Of a stretch of DNA of 64,000 nt, positions 40,425-53,150 are shown piece by piece (within the stretch, counting starts at the first letter, position 1; each line of letters opens with the position of its first letter). Made by a program: the position numbers and the translations under genes. The notes under the pieces were generated by a model, which worked only from the letters and a program-made list of their open reading frames with translations, was not told the origin of the DNA and searched no databases. Source of the stretch: Phoronis australis (lineage: Eukaryota > Animalia > Phoronida). Location of the stretch: assembly GCA_002633005.1 (NCBI GenBank), contig NMRA01000021.1:16570-80569 (forward strand), in the 5' to 3' direction.

Positions 40425-41489
40425 CTTTAATCAAGTGTATTGGAAAGTTAAAATCCTAGAGTATATTCATAGCATAGTCCGACCTGTCATTATTCCGTGC
40501 AAATAGTCAGTAAGTACATTTTAATTACATCGAATTAGTAGCAAAGACCAATATACATGTAGCTTAAATACTGCAAATGTATGAATTATTCTGAATTGAT
40601 ATCTTAGTCACAACAAACAATTTATTACTAAAAATTCAGAGTGTACGTCCGTCATTAACTCCATCATTAACTCAACTTAAACATGCATCAAGCTGCCTCA
40701 CAAAAAGTTTTTAGAAAATATCCTCAAAAAATTATTTTGTTGTACTTTGCAAACATTCCACTGAGTAATTATGTAAAACAAAAAATGTAACTTCATGCCA
40801 CTCACAGAAAATCAACGTCAACAATTAAAAAAAATTCCAATTCTCTTCGCTTGTCTGTCACACATAAGGCAATTTTCTCAGTCAGACCAAAAGTTATGGT
40901 AAAATCTGATCCTATGAAAGCTATCAATGACTGTACACCTATCAATTGATATAATAGTTATTTTCCTAACATGAATGTCCCCAGATGGAATTGCCGTAAG
41001 CCATTTTAGTCATTTACTGTTATTAGAATTTTACCAATAGTAAGTTTTATTCTGATGACGAGAAAATGACATGTTGTCTTATTACTTTTGCATTGTATTG
41101 TATATTCTGGTCAGTTGTTTACTAGACTATATGGAGTTAGTTGTAATCTGGCGTTCGAAGCGTGGATTTTTTGGGACATTCAGATGACCTATTTTCTACG
41201 CCATGTGGCTCAATCATGCCGTCCATCAGATCCAACACTACGCTTTACCTTAACAAACAGAAATAAGGCTCTTCTGTGTATCTATTTGTTACACGATAGT
41301 AATTTCATCAACATGGTCGGTGGACATTCACGCAGAAGGCCATTACCACCAGAAGTCGAGAAGCAAATTAATTCAGCAACACACAGCAACAAATGGATTA
41401 AAAAACCCCAGCCAGATGTTCAAGTTCGGTCGACACAATGGCAATGTGGTCAAACTCTGTAAAGAACTTGGGCTTGAACATAAAAGGAA

Positions 41490-41686
41490 TTAATTAACAA
41501 ACAAATTATCTTCAATTTCTTTGATATTGATAGAAACAAGCAAAACAAGCAAAATTGCAAACAGGAACCGAACACATAATTGCACAGAGCTCATAGCGAC
41601 GAGTCTAGGGATCATTTTTTCCACCTGCAATTCCTTGTTTTGAGGTGGGACATTTTGGAAGTTGAAATTGTTAACTCTGGCATTTT
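41490..41686 (-). CDS. Candidate hydrophobic (TM or GPI-signal) exon after the Ig exon
   Basis: CTCCTAG acceptor; open in phase 1: ENARVNNF..LCVRFLFAILLVLLVSINIKEIEDNLFVN*. Confidence 0.4.
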
Positions 41687-41928
41687 CTAGGAGTTAATTG
41701 GTTCAAGTTGTGGTGAAACAAAGAGAGAATGCTATTGTAACAAATGTGAAGATACTAATACCCCAAGACTGCAAATATACAACAGATGAAATAAAGGTCA
41801 TGAAGGAAACGGGGATTAAAAAGCAGATCTCTATGTATCTTGGAGGTTGCAATAGAATCGTGGTTCATTACAACAACTTCCTAAGTAATGCAGGAATAAG
41901 TACCATGACAGTTAAAATAGCAACTTAC

Positions 41929-42252
41929 CGGTCTCCTTAACAGCCTCAGTTTCAGCATACAGAGTAGCCTGCCTGTTTGACACTTGACATCGGAACTGTA
42001 CACCACCATCAGCTGTATCTAAGTTGACCCTGAGTGTGCTGTTGCCGTTAGTGGTTCCATCATTGTTGTTGGCGGTAGTCATCTTAACATTCTCCGTTAT
42101 ATTTTTGTATGCACCGCTACCAATCCGACGTGACCACACCATAGATGCCTGTGGTTTGCCTAAGTTTGCCGTACATATGAGGACAGCTGGTCCTGTTCCA
42201 CCAAGATCAGACTGCGTCGGGGCTCCAGATATAGATGGTGTGCTCGGTAGGA
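41929..42252 (-). CDS. Immunoglobulin domain exon (C2-set/CD80-like, nephrin-like)
   Basis: 324 nt, phase 1-1, TTCCCCAG acceptor, GTAAGT donor; LPSTPSISG..AVLICTANLGKPQASMVWSR..NSTLRVNLDTADGGVQFRCQVSN has the canonical C, W, D-x-G-x-x-F-x-C pattern. Confidence 0.9.
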
Positions 42253-42399
42253 CTGGGGAAATAAGAACAAATTAAGCATTACAGCACCAATTTACCTATC
42301 TAGCTACAATTGATCGCCCAAATTATCTAATTAAAACACTTTGACATTTGAACTACATAATTACTCGTTATTGTTTTCGTTATCATGATTATCATTATT

Positions 42400-42900
42400 A
42401 TTTCTGATTTTATTTAACGAGGACACAATACATATTTAGCAAAGTGCTAATTAATGCATCATGGACATCAAGGATGTTAAAATCATCTCATTCATTGCTC
42501 AATGTTGTCATGGGGCTTTCCATAGTGGACAGCAAGTTCTGTTCCAATAGGATTTTAAAGGGGCTCCTAAGTTCAGCTTTAACGGTATTGTGAGGAACGC
42601 CTTCACAGTTGTGGCAGAGTACGCCTACTTTTTGGAATCAAGGAGGTTGAGATTTAAAATCTTGTTTAGACAAGCACCATATTCAAAAATTGATTATTTC
42701 TGAACTATCGGCAAGCTCTGTATTATTTGTAAATACAGCTATGTCCATCTGTACGAAGAACTCGACTCAGACCGCAAAATTGTATCTTGTTGAAAACACT
42801 CGTGTGTTTAAGTTCAAAACTGTGTTACGTTGATCTCTGGAGGCAGACATTTTTCGAGAACAAACGACTTGTCAGATGCTGTCACTGGGTCATCAGAATA
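42400..42900 (-). mobile_element. Degenerate non-LTR retrotransposon 3' fragment
   Basis: VPHNTVKAELRSP resembles the post-RT N.AV.AELGR.P motif; AATAAA and (ATA)n-like tail at about 42400. Confidence 0.4.
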
Positions 42901-43196
42901 GCGTGCAACGGAGTACAAGAGAAGCAACAATTTTATGTAAGTTGAGCCGCAATCTTCATAGAAAAACACAGTGATTTAACAGAATAATTTGAACTAGGTT
43001 TCATTGAAAGTTGATTGTATGGAACAAAAACCGCCAACGTCGAAGTCAGAGATGTACAATATGAGCATTTAATGTAATGCTTAAAAAAGATTAAAATGCA
43101 ATACATCAAAAGGATTAATATACCAAATTCCCTTATCTGAAAGCTGCAACACAAAAATGGCGCCTCATGAAACATGGGACTTCAAGTCCATTAATA

Positions 43197-44104
43197 CCGT
43201 ATTCGCCGTAATAACCGCCCAGGACGCTTAGAAAAGTTCGGTTCAGGAAGGCGGTTGAAACCCGGTCTCCAAAACGGGTGAAATCGGAAGCTTAAAGATT
43301 CATCAAATTTACTCTCTGTGACGTATCTGTCATCTATGAAAGACTTTCAACAAAACTGTGGTGCATTGCTATCAAACTTTGCTACTAAATTATGATCATT
43401 TTACAGAAAATTGTGCTGAAATCCCAGGGCGAAAACTCGCCGACTGACTGCCGCAAAATCACTGTCTTAATGGCGACTTCAATGCTTGAATAAAAATGGT
43501 TTCGACTTAAGCAAATTACCTGAAATCTTCATTAAGTTTTCTAAGTAGCGTCCCTAAGATTTTTCTAAGTTCCCATGGAGTCTGGATTAATGGCAGGTTT
43601 TAGTACAAATCTGTGCAACATCGTGCCATGTACATGTTTGATCGGCAACACGGCTAGAAAAATGTCTGGACGAACACACATGCTGTTGTCACGTGACATT
43701 TGTTTTGAAGTTCGTCTGTGTTTGTGAGTAAGCGAGCGTGTGTGTGTCACCAGAGTTCATTTGCCACAGCAGAGACCGTCTTTTGACAAGAGCCACGCAA
43801 TCTAACGAGCTAGATGTGCATTGTGTCTAAAGAAATGAAATTTGCACAAGCAGTAGGCCTAAACCAGAGCGTGTTTCATTCAGCACTTGCCGGTCTCATG
43901 TGCTAAAAACGTTCGACTTTTGTCTCGGTAAGGCCCATATTAGTCTCCGTGTAGCTGGATGCGTACATAGCTAACTATTTTCGGTGTAAGGGTGTGTAAG
44001 CATTCACTGTCGGTTGTAATTTTATCAGATATTCGGCTTAAAAACCCCAATTATGGTTAATCAAACAATCCATCTCAAAAATAACGCAAACATGTTTTAT
44101 AGTA
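43197..44104 (+). mobile_element. Tc1/pogo-like non-autonomous element, cut by the contig join at 44105
   Basis: TA|CCGTATTCGCCGTAATAACCGCCC start; inverted copy of 7557-8465. Confidence 0.65.
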
Positions 44105-44105
44105 N

Positions 44106-44252
44106 TCAGACTGCGTCGGGGCTCCAGATATAGATGGTGTGCTCGGTAGGACTGGGGAAATAAGAACAAATTAAGCATTACGGCACCAATTTACCTATCT
44201 AGCTACAATTGATCGCCCAAATTATCTAATTAAAACACTTTGACATTTGAAC
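44106..44252 (-). repeat. Duplicate of 42207-42353 (5' part of the Ig exon plus intron) directly after a single n
   Basis: Near-identical sequence with one visible substitution; likely an uncollapsed haplotype. Confidence 0.85.
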
Positions 44253-44351
44253 GAAGTTTTGGCATGCATTGGCCCCTTAATTCGGTATGATGATAAAATC
44301 TCCCCAGACTTCTACATGGCCTTTTTTAACATTGTTAGTAAATAGCCGAGA

Positions 44352-44458
44352 ATACCCGACCCGGGGATCGAACTAGCGACCCCCATAAAACCGGCAAGCA
44401 TGCTAACCGTTCAGCTAATAGACAATTGCCCGTTAGCGAGTAGCTAACAGAGACTCAT
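44352..44458 (-). mobile_element. tRNA-derived SINE-like head
   Basis: Minus strand shows A-box-like TAGCTGAACGG and B-box GTTCGATCCC at tRNA-like spacing; no convincing cloverleaf. Confidence 0.45.
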
Positions 44459-44706
44459 ATGATTCACCAGAAGCACATCTACAATAACATGTAGTTGCAA
44501 ACTCTTTGGCAAAACTTTGACACATTTGAATGGGCAGCATCGCCATCATTGATTTCCAGCGACAGTGTTGAATAATTATGGGTCAACTTAATCATTGTCA
44601 AAAAGCTCTCCGTTATTAAGTTTAGACGGCACACTTTAGTCCTGGTCTCACACGTTGTTAACCCTTATTACATGGTTAGAGGATGTTATAAGGATCCAAG
44701 AAGTAC

Positions 44707-44794
44707 CTACCCCATAACTAATACACGATCCGTACTCGAAAAAAGTTAAAATGAACGCGCCACTCACGATTCGCACCTGAAGAACCACCGCCAT
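44707..44794 (-). CDS. Candidate leader/signal-peptide exon of the Ig receptor
   Basis: AAAATGGCG start; MAVVLQVRIVSGAFILTFFEYGSCISYG(V); two adjacent GT donors (GTAGGT phase 0, GTACTT phase 1). Confidence 0.4.
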
Positions 44795-44824
44795 TTTGAA
44801 CTTACCGTGAACCCGAAAGTAAAA

Positions 44825-45764
44825 CCCCGAAAAAGATCAGTTTCAATTGAAATTCAATTGAATTTCAATAGAAAATTGAATTTCTATTGAATATGTCTAT
44901 TGAATGAAAATTCAATTGGCACTTCCCTTGCCGTCAATTGAATGGCTATTGAACGGCTACTGAATTTCTGCACTTAGAAATTTTTTAGCTGTTCTGTATT
45001 GAATGGCTATAGAATTCCAGGACTTAGAAAAATTTCGGCAGTTCGGAATTGAATAGTTATTGAATTTGAGAAATTTCAGGATGTCGTGGAATTGAATGGC
45101 TATTGAATTTTAAGACTTAGGGAATTTCTGGATGGTTTGATTTAACAAGTTACCAGCAAGGTTTGTTTTAAACATGTGTTACTACATGGTTGTCAAGGTT
45201 ACATTCCTGGAAAGTGACCTTTAAGGTTTTTTAAACCCTTTCAAACAGTTTTGGTCCAGCATAAACTCTGCGTGGATAGTGAAGAACTGCATACATTAAA
45301 TGGTGAGTTTTTGATTTCAACATTGTATTTTTGTCAATTGGATTGTTAAGTGACATTTATATTTCACATATATGAATGAGTAGCTTTAGTCTTGTAAACA
45401 AAACGAAATTTTTTTTAACTGATTCAATTGTTTAATGTTATGGAAGTGAAGTAGTAGAGCACAGATTTCAAAATGAGTTGGGTTACAGACAAAAACCTGC
45501 ATGTGCATGTAGTTGACACCACCAGTGTTAGTTAATCGTATTTTGACCTAACATATTTTATTTACTTTAATTAATTGAGACTTAGAAACACGTGTTTATG
45601 ATTCTGTGTTAAAATTCTCACATGAGAGCAATGAGAGAAAAGTAAATTTTTATTTTGATTACATGAACTGAATTAAATAATTGAGCTACATGTATACAGT
45701 GTAGGCACTATGTAAGAGCTGTATCAGACATTAAAGGTTTGCCATTGCTACCAGTCATCTACCC
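44825..45764. mobile_element. Truncated CACTA/EnSpm-like element, copy 3
   Basis: Collinear with 1-890 and with the left part of 4004-5931. Confidence 0.8.
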
Positions 45765-46227
45765 ACTTAAAGTAAACCTTAGCTTCCACAATTCATTGAG
45801 TGGCAAAGACTCAAACGTAAACATTCCAAACATAAATACACCTGAATTAGTTCTTCAAACATACATTTTGTTGAACAACTCTCTGACCTAGAACTTGGCC
45901 GCTTGACAATAGGTGAACTGCAATCCATATAGAACGCTGCATGGCTACTATAAACGTCTGTTCACTAGAGTCGCATCAGCTATGACAAGGTCGGGCTACA
46001 TACCTCGACCAATTTGTAAATTTATTCACCGAAGACTACTCTGATGGCAACAGAGCCATTATTGTCAAAATCTGCTGTACTTAATGAGCATTTTAGATAA
46101 CCATTTGGTGATCACATTGAAATGTCCTGTCGCTATTTGCGCATCTGTTGTCGCCAATGGCTATGAAAAACAGGTCTTTTTGAGTACTGCCTAACTTCAA
46201 AAGTTGTGCTCATTTCTTAAACCAAAT

Positions 46228-49200
46228 GGGGCTATTCGGAAAATCTACAATAACTAGAGGGCGTGCGTGTACTAGTGGTGATAGATTAACAGCCTCGATT
46301 TCGCGAGCCCTTTAAAAACATGGTGAAATGGCTTGCAGCCGTGCCAACTAAATCCGAGATTGCGTAAAAACGGTGCTTCTATGAGAGGAAGTAAGCACGA
46401 CCTCATACAAAGGTATGGTTTGTGATTATTTTAACGATTATTCCATGATTATTCTATCGATGCCTGTTAACTGAGGCACTCGCCGATGTCGACTTCGCGG
46501 CAGTCAGTCGCCAGCCAGAGTCTGGTTAATCTTTGTATGTTGTGATATGTGATACGATACTTGACGTAGCAATCGGGATCTTTTCGTACATCAAAGCATT
46601 ATTATTGTTTGGAATGATTTCTAAAAGTTTATCAGTGACAGTTACATCAATCAATGCTGAATGTTTATGCTGTCAACTCGATACAGGTTAATGAGTTAAG
46701 ATTACAATCCAATCCCAATGGCAAAGGGTACGTGAGTGATAAATATCCATTGCATTAGACTATTTGTTTACTCCCTATCATATGTCTTCTGGAAATCTAT
46801 TACACGTTGAAATGGAAATCTATCACGTCAGTTTTCACGTAACCTTTGGTTTTTAGGTTTGAAGGCTTGTACCGTGCAGAGGAGATATGCATCGCTTCTG
46901 CACCGTCCCTGAATGGACAAAAATTGGTTTTTAGCATTTGACTGCAGCTAACCAACAAGATCTTCCCATCCAGTGCAGATCTGTTGTCAAAGCCTACTTT
47001 CAATATTGGAGACAACGAACAAAGCCTTTGAAAAGGAACAGCTATTTTTAAAGTCATTTTGTTAAATTACTTATTCAGGTCCCGAGGGGGGATTGGCATG
47101 GGGGGTTGTAATATTTGGTACAACTGAATGTGTGGAAATAACAGGTAATACATGTTTGGGGAAAAGGGCATGGTGAGGTAATTCTTAACCTTCACGAAGT
47201 CCCTTCAAGTTGATTTCATGAAACTGTTTTTCTACTTGTATCAATTGTAAAACCACGAAAATATATTACATTTTCCGAATTCACAGTGACTGTATAGTCT
47301 TAACTCAAGCCTTGAAATGTTGCAAGTCGTTATAAATTCAAAAAACTGCCATTTTTTGTGAAAATTGCATTTTTGATGGTGCCTTACGTTTTGTAATTAC
47401 TCTTAAACAGAAAGATTATCCATCATTTTTAAATGACCCAAGTCTTCATATCTTCTATTAGAAGAAAAACGGTTCCCTCAACTTTAGGCTAGAAGTATGC
47501 TTGACAGACCCATGAACCTGTAATCTGAGTTTAAAATTGCTGAAAGTATCAACATTAAAAAGGTTTGAAAATGGGTAACAAAGGTTTGAAGTTGTCTCAA
47601 AAAACTTGTATATTTTACAGACAAGTGATGCGTTTAAAGAATTGTTATGGCTAGGGATCAAAAATAAAGACACGGTTTTATGCAATACTCATTATATACA
47701 CCCTTGGTTTCTCAAAATAGTAATTATTTACTTTTAATTGAAACTGTAGACCAATCACCATTTCTTTTTGAAAAACAGGGATAACATTTTTTATCCAATC
47801 TGGAGTACTTAATTATTCATATTTCAATATTTGTTCCAGGTTCAGTGACATTTTAAGGCCACTTCAAGCTGTATCATAGACAAGCTTTGTTACTCCGTTT
47901 TCTTCCCACAGTTCTTCCACACACCAGCAGTGCTGCATGGCACAATGTGCAAGTCAGTGGCCCTGGAGAAATGTGAATCGCAGTACTAAGTTACCATAAG
48001 ACAATGTGCCAGTGGACTGTCTGCCTATCCAGACGAACTATATCTGACTGCTACACAAATAAGCCTTGTTGGTGAGGATGCCCTTTCATAGGCAATGAGT
48101 CAATTCCCACAGTTCTTCCACACACCAGCAGTGCTGCATGGCACAATGTGCAAATCAGTGGCCCTGGAGAAATGTGAATAGCAGTACTAAGTTACCATAA
48201 GACAATGTGCCAGTGGACTGTCTGTGTATCCAGACGAACTATATCTGACTGCCACACAAATAAGCCTTGTTGGTGAGGATGCCCTTTCATAGGCAATGAG
48301 TCATGTGTGGACAATAGCTTATTTCCTTCCCTGGAAGAAACATGAGGGACTGAAGCTAAAGAAGACCTAGTCACATTCTGGTCTAGTTCAGAGTCTGATT
48401 TTGGGCTCAAAACGATTCAAGTGATATGCTGCTGTGTTTACCTTCAAGGGTCTAATTGTGGATGTTATTGAGGCTGAACGAGGTTACATGAAAGAAAGCC
48501 ACGTGTTGAAACTGGACCTTTTTTGCAAGCGCTTCTTTAGGCCACTGAAACTAAAACCCAGTGAAATGAAAGCCAAAAGCTGAGTGACCTTAAATTTTCC
48601 TTTCAGAAGAAAAGCTTTATACTATTGGTAAAGATTGGTACAGATTATGGGGAAATGACATTCAGTGGCTGCATCGATTGTCCTATTGTATGTTTTCAAT
48701 TGTAGCTAGCTGGATAAGAATCTGCTATGCACAAGATTCGAGAATAAACAATTATCAGTNAATGTTACGACATTTACTGAATTAAGGCTTATTCATGTTA
48801 ATTCGATAACTGAGCTGGTGGTCCTGGGGGTGGGGTTCACGTGACGATAAAATAAGGAAACTCACTCATCTAGAGAATTTTATTGGAAACAGCATAGTTT
48901 TGAAGAGAAACTGCTGTGAAAAAGTCACTCTTGATTTCTTTGCATCACGTACCATACACCTCTTATTTTAGGAGCACTCCCACCCAGGACAATATGAATA
49001 CGCAGTGCTGCTAGCTTACCCAGCATCGGGTGAGTTTCCAAAAAGAAACACTTAGTTCCACTCAATAAAACTGTTATTCAGTGGGGTAACTGGTGGGGAT
49101 AACATCACCGAACGATGTTGATAGAAACTGATTGCTAAAAACTTACCAAGTAATGTTGTGTAGTCTCCGAATGTAACTGCATAGTCGTAGACATAGAGCA

Positions 49201-49480
49201 CACACGGGGCTTCAGCATCCACACACTTTTTGTCATTTAGTTGACCCTGTTGACCGCAGTTGTCCACGAATATAGTAACCTTAGGTCTTTTGGGAATTTG
49301 TGGCCACCTGTCGAAGACTTGCACCAAGGAAATTAGCAGTAATAAGGCTTAGCGCGACGACGTATTTTGATAAAAATTCCATCTTTTACCAGTTGTTTAC
49401 ATGCAGACAGCCACGCATGCGCAATTCAATCACCACTAGTACAGCAGCGACACCGCGAGGAGAATTCTCCGAATAGCCCC
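46228..49480 (-). mobile_element. ISL2EU-like element, copy 2, inverted relative to copy 1
   Basis: Same TIRs, AT on both flanks, highly similar to the reverse complement of 32301-35788; contains a 201-bp tandem duplication and an n join at 48760. Confidence 0.9.
46320..48550 (+). pseudogene. Degenerate spliced SAP-domain plus YqaJ/lambda-exonuclease-like gene (mirrored on the minus strand at about 33680-35700)
   Basis: LRKNGASMRGSKHDLIQR|gt (SAP-like); FHTPAVLHG..SVALEKCESQY..LYLTAT..LVGED; LKLKKT..VQ..VFTFKGLIVDVIEAERGYM. Confidence 0.7.
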
Positions 49481-51439
49481 ATTGCATGACAAGGCCAAAA
49501 ATCGTTCACAGCCCGCCATTTCTTCACGGTGTTGTAAAGCTAACCAATGACTGCAGAGGTTACAACGACCAATGCTAAGGCGCGTGCCACTGCGTGATAC
49601 CTGCGTGCTGGCTGGGTTAAGCATAGACTAGGTTAAGCACGCAGGGAACCAGCGAGGAGGGCCACAGTGGCAGAGCCACTATGTAGTAGGAAGGTAAAAA
49701 TTGTTGAGAGTGCATAGATATTTTGTAAAACAATGCTTCTAAATTCATTTTAAAGCAAACAAAAAGTGTATTTTTAAATAAAGTTTCCATTCAAAAGATA
49801 AAGCAAGTTAAAAGCATTTCATTTGGCCTGAAATTCGTGAGAACCGAGAATCGAGGAAGAACACTGGAACGAAACCGAAAGAAAATTTTCAGACTCATTA
49901 CTCACGTAGTCCTTTATTTTCGGGACATATTTTATATCGGCAGCATTCGCCGACATCATACAGTACTCAATGATAGCGTGCGATAACGGTTATCAATCGC
50001 AGTCGTAAAATTTTGGAGATAATGTTCCTTCCCAACTACGCCTGGCGGTGACGTTTGCGACACTGGTCCCCACATAGATTTGTCCAACTATGTAATGCCT
50101 CGATCCCATGAATAAAATCAAAATTACTGTTTGAATTAAGTGACACCTGGTGTTTAGACCTGGGTTGGTCCATGACGTCATTGTGTAAATTTATGTTGCG
50201 CGCCATTATTAAACGCCATAATAACAAAAGCTCAATGCGAAATCAAAATTTTTCAAGTTGAATAATCTTTTATTTATAAGGCCATATTCAAATGTTTTGT
50301 TAGTTAGTAATTGTCGTAAATAAGGGACTGCTTTACGGCTTTTTGGCGAACTGTGTCGAAACCCAATTAAACAATTTTTCGCATTGTAGGACAAAAGTTT
50401 CCTAAGATATGTACCAAATTGTCAGGAATTTCCTGCCAAAGACGAACATATATGGATTTTGATCATTTACACAATTTCTTGAAAATTATGAGCAAAAACA
50501 AATGACACACTTACTTCTTATTATAAAAAGCTTAAAGAATGAAGGCGCACATGGTTTCTACAGTTTAAGGCTAAGTTGCAAATTTTTTTCAAATCCGTAT
50601 TTAGTAAATAATTTTTGGCGATTCTCTAAAGCATGTCGCACTTGGGTGACTGGATTTCAAACAGGGATTTTGAAATTTTCTGAATTTATGCGAGTTATCG
50701 TGAATTGTGGTCCATTCCAGTGGTAGCTTCTACAGTTTAAGAGATACGCCTTTGTATAAAAGCATTGCAGAAATCTGTTTAATAGCAATTTGAGCACCTA
50801 AAAGTTCTCTTAAACCTTTTTAGTGACCTTCATTCTAACTCGTATATCAAAAAACAGTCTATGCATCATTGGCATCTTCAGAACAGTACAGTTTGACGAA
50901 GTTCAATTTGTCTGTGCCACCCCCCGATCCCCGCCCTCCAAGTATGTTACCTTCCCACCCATCGTGTAGGTCTTTATCTTTGAACGTCACTTCTTTTGCG
51001 GCCAGGGAATTAATGCCACACATAGACTGAAACCATATCTCGTTGAGAACTTGGTCAGATGTCGTGTTGACGTCATTCAGATTAGAGACAGTCTCTATCG
51101 CCAATTTCAGGATGTTTTTCCTTTTTCTTTTGCTTATTTAGATTAATAAATGAAGCTTACTACGGGGAACTACTCCGCTGTTTACCTGTAGTTGTCAAGT
51201 TCTAAACCGAGGCGCTTTGGGGTATAAAATTATCACCACGCTTACCCAATCTTGAGTTGTTGCCGAATGAGCCGGCAACCCATACCACAGACATTGCCAA
51301 CAATTTGAAATCGGAATTTGAGTTTTGGCCAACCCCAAAAATCTCCGAAGTGTGCTTTTGAATCTCATTTAGTTTCCACATTCTCGATGATACCGGACAA
51401 CAATTCCTATCACACTAAGGAATGTAGTTACGAAACCAT

Positions 51440-53098
51440 TTGTTTAATTAATATTTATGCGCTCACATGTATATGTGTGTGTGTGTGTGTGTGTGCATGT
51501 GTGTGTGTGCGGGCGCGTGTATATGTTTGGTCGCATATTGTTGTCAGTTTGTCCGGGCGTCCTGGGGACTGTTTCATGACTTACACCGTAAGCCAAATTT
51601 CTGTTTTAAGTCTTAAAAGATTTAAGGTAGAAATTTGGTCTAATGCTCCACACGACTATTTTTTGAAAAATAAACCAAATCTCACTAGTTGCCAACATAA
51701 TTTCTATGACTGTGGTGTGCTCGTAAATACTTGACTAAATCTTTATCAAACAGTTGTGAAATGGGAGCGTAAGACCAAATTTCTGTCTTAAGTCTTTTAA
51801 GTTACTTAAAAGTTACTTTCATGAAATAGACTCCGGGTGTACGCTCAATATCTCAACAACCCCTGGCACAAGGGTGTAAGACATCACTAAAACAGCTCGT
51901 GTGTCACTTTTCCATTTATCCCGCTCCCTGGGGTCAAGGGTGCGTGCTTTTTTCAGCATTTTTGAAAGAAGAGTGTTTCCTGAGTCTAAAGAATGGGTTG
52001 ACATATTTCAAAGAATTTTGACGCAGAGGTATGTGATATCAATGCGCTGCGCAGACACCATTAAATTTTCGGGCCATGTTGTAAACATCCCCTTGAAACG
52101 AGATAAGGATCGACTTGGAGAAATCTTTTGAATTTTTCCAATGTCACGTGGTAAGGCTTGCAAAGTCTATTCACATTCCATTCTCTCTAGGGGGCTAGTA
52201 ACTAAAAGGGTGACTCTATTCACTTGGTCACAAAGTGAGGATAATTGGCATTTTTTTCACATCAGATATTGAAGGCTTAAAAGTATAGGTGCTCTATTTT
52301 GCATTTTCTTTTTGGGACATGAAAACCGACGGAAACTGAAATCTGAACAGAGGAGTAAAAATTAGACTATGTGGGTTTTTGAATTTTCAAAACTGGTCAA
52401 GTAATAAAAATTTTGTCAACAAAAACCCATGCCTTGAGCTATTCTTTGGAAAATAGTTTGCAGCATGGCTTGCCAGCTAATTATGCGCATCACTGACTCA
52501 CAAGAGAAGCTGTGGTTAAACGAATGAGGATAAAACTGGATGTGCTGAAGGAATCTCGTTTAAAGGCATGCTTATTCGACTACTGCAGCACCTCCTAGTG
52601 GCTACATTGTTCTCGACAACAGGATTGATTTTCATGTGTTGTTTTGGGAAAGAGCGATTCCGGATAACATCTTGAGAACCGATCGACGGATTTCAATAAA
52701 ACGTGACACAGAGGTATATCTCGTGAATTCTCCGGCACCATTCGATTTTTGGGCGGATTCGGCTACTGCAGCGCCTCCTAGGAGCCATTTTGAGTGGCAG
52801 CGATTCCGTGTGCTATGGGGAGAACCGATTGAAGAATTTCAATGAAAATTGTTATAAATGCGCCGGCACAATTAAATTTTCGGGTGGATTCGGCTACTTC
52901 AGCACGTCCTAGAGGCCGTTTTGTTCTTGTCAATGGGGCTTTTCAAGCGTTGTTTTTGGGAAGAGCGTTACCGGATGATATCTTAAGATTTCATTGAGAC
53001 TTGACACTGAAGTATATGATAAGAGTGCTCCGGCACCATTTGATTGTCTGGCGAATTCAACTTACTACTCCACCGCCGTGTGAGAGTGTTTCTGGACG

Positions 53099-53150
<52 letters not shown>

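Noticed and set aside
44352-44458. Functional tRNA gene
   Set aside because: A and B boxes are present but acceptor and anticodon stems are not convincing; treated as a SINE-like head
50859-51104. Possible exon MAIETVSNL..
   Set aside because: No recognisable domain or clear splice-site pair
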